Below, piece after piece: positions 31,545 to 32,000 of a stretch of 32,000 nt of DNA. The notes under the pieces were generated by a model, which was not told the origin of the DNA, ran no database searches, and saw nothing but the letters and a program-made list of their open reading frames with translations. This DNA is from Candidatus Iainarchaeum sp. (GTDB taxonomy: Archaea; Iainarchaeota; Iainarchaeia; Iainarchaeales; 0-14-0-20-34-12). Every line of letters begins with the position of its first letter. Position 1 is the first letter of the stretch. The translations under genes were made by a program, and so were the position numbers. The DNA lies in contig JAUSKK010000036.1 in assembly GCA_030649345.1 (NCBI GenBank), positions 2,024 to 34,023 of the forward strand, given 5' to 3'.

Positions 31545-32000
31545 ATGGCGTTAGAATTGAATTGGATTAAATTAATTGTTTATCTATTACCGATGTATGT
31601 GACCAATGCCAGTGCAGTTCTTTTTTCTGGAAAAACTCCTTTAGATTTTGGAGTAAAATTTTTAGACGGAAAACCTTTGCTGGGAAAAGGAAAAACATTT
31701 CGCGGAACTTTATTTAGTTTATTCGCTGGATTTTTAACAGCAGGAATTTTATTTTATGGTTTTCCTCAACTCACAGAATTGCTTTCAGTAAATTATTTAA
31801 TACTAGCCGGATTGTTATGCATTGGAACGCATGCCGGAGATTTAACAGCTAGTTTTTTGAAACGAAGGTTAGGTTTAGCCTCTGGAAAAGAAGTTTTGTT
31901 ACTGGATCAGCTGGATTTTTTGGCCGGAGCGTTAATTTTAGGTTCAATATATTATTGGCCTAGTTTGTTGGAAATAAGCGTCATGATTTTTTTGACATTA
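31545..32000 (+). CDS. carS: CDP-archaeol synthase CarS (DUF46), 5' part running off the window
   Basis: Open from ATG 31545 to the window end (152 codons). MYVTNASAV, GKGKTFRGT and SFLKRRLGL..GKEVLLLDQLDF match the CarS signatures. Confidence 0.78.
   Translation, partial: MALELNWIKLIVYLLPMYVTNASAVLFSGKTPLDFGVKFLDGKPLLGKGKTFRGTLFSLFAGFLTAGILFYGFPQLTELLSVNYLILAGLLCIGTHAGDLTASFLKRRLGLASGKEVLLLDQLDFLAGALILGSIYYWPSLLEISVMIFLTL

Noticed and set aside
1-32000. CRISPR array, cas genes, transposases, integrases or known defence systems
   Set aside because: There are no regularly spaced repeats. The repeated hairpin elements are dispersed singly at gene junctions. Every ORF over 60 aa on the coding strand is accounted for, and none shows a DDE, tyrosine/serine recombinase or Cas motif.

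Overview
This is an AT-rich, tightly packed archaeal chromosome segment. It carries archaea-specific ribosomal proteins, Rpo subunits, aIF2-gamma, aIF5B and KEOPS genes, and most starts have a GGTG/GGAGG Shine-Dalgarno-like motif 6-9 nt upstream. I call 45 CDS (one partial at each edge, one of them a doubtful 42-aa ORF) and one intron-containing tRNA-Leu(UAA).

Layout:
- 0-18.2 kb: information-processing operons. These are uS11-RpoD-tRNA-eL18-uL13-uS9-RpoN-uS2; TrmB plus a large surface lipoprotein; GluRS; L7Ae-S28e-L24e-NDK-dUTPase; aIF5B-S6e; aIF2gamma-PIN-Rpo7-Spt4-S24e-S27ae; and CPBP-Sua5-Kae1.
- 18.2-27.7 kb: a block separating kae1 from bud32. It holds a minus-strand wHTH plus two membrane proteins, a bacterial-type grpE-dnaK-dnaJ, an AbrB/PIN toxin-antitoxin pair, ValRS and a small anchored protein.
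- Right end: Bud32, uS15, eS1, DUF92, SppA (minus strand) and the start of CarS.

I saw no CRISPR array, transposase, integrase or recognisable defence gene.

The most unusual signal is non-coding: a family of GC-rich two-stem hairpin elements in intercistronic spacers.
- Three copies are bracketed by duplications of the 3' end, including the stop codon, of the upstream essential gene: aIF2-gamma 33/33, dnaK 41/42, L24e 22/24.
- All three substitutions inside the duplicated coding parts are synonymous.
- Three elements share a 20-nt core, GCAsyACG-nnCnA-CCAACC, followed by a CCAACC..GGTTG stem.

A separate 60-nt upstream cassette (hairpin, AAACTTTAAAAAA, purine block, T6, ATGGC) is repeated in front of rps6e and dnaJ. 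All product calls rest on motif recognition by eye; no database search was possible.
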